DNA of 64,000 nucleotides, taken from positions 1-64,000 of the forward strand of contig JAUCBJ010000111.1 in NCBI GenBank assembly GCA_032718475.1. Reading direction: 5' to 3'. Under the pieces are notes generated by a model. It had not been told where the DNA came from, did not search any database, and saw only the letters and a program-made list of their open reading frames with translations. Numbering within the stretch: the first letter of the stretch is position 1; each line of letters starts with the position of its first letter. Of this stretch, positions 63,824 through 64,000 are shown piece after piece. Made by a program: the position numbers and the translations under genes. Source of the stretch: Nemertoderma westbladi (Eukaryota > Animalia > Xenacoelomorpha).

Positions 63824-64000
63824 AAGCAGCAGCTTGGTCTAGTGGTGACATTACTGTGCTTCCGATTAGGGAGCCCGGGTTCGATCCCTAGATGGGGCAG
63901 CACTGTTTGGGCACAGTGCTTTAAATGCTGCAGCCTAGCCCAACCCCGGCTTTCATCCTTCAGTGGTCGATAAATGGGAACCAAGGCAACTTGGGAAACA
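63824..64000 (+). mobile_element. Family A tRNA-derived SINE, runs off the window end
   Basis: Reverse complement of 16176-16352. Confidence 0.88.

Overview
AT-rich invertebrate-animal genomic DNA with GT-AG introns; roughly 24 kb (about 38%) is tandem repeat. Host genes: the 5' part of UTP14 (minus strand, cut off at a >10 kb palindrome centred near 5328), a 3-exon centrin-3, an intronless membrane-anchored fibrinogen-domain gene nested in centrin intron 2, an intronless GC-rich ATIC/purH, a 3-exon NDUFB10, a coiled-coil/UBZ zinc-finger gene resembling TANK/AZI2-type TBK1 adaptors, and an intronless Smr-domain gene with lipid-anchor motifs at both ends. Mobile DNA: a TA-flanked MITE carrying several RFX X-box palindromes; a young CR1/L2-group LINE split by a Penelope-like element that has a GIY-YIG domain, a minimal hammerhead ribozyme and a 13-bp TSD; two RTE LINE copies; and tRNA-derived SINEs, one of which has seeded a 63-bp tandem array. 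Satellites have units of 22, 30, 97, 38, 13, 4, 63 and 21 bp. The opening palindrome is most likely a foldback assembly artefact. All family calls come from recognising motifs by eye, not from database searches.
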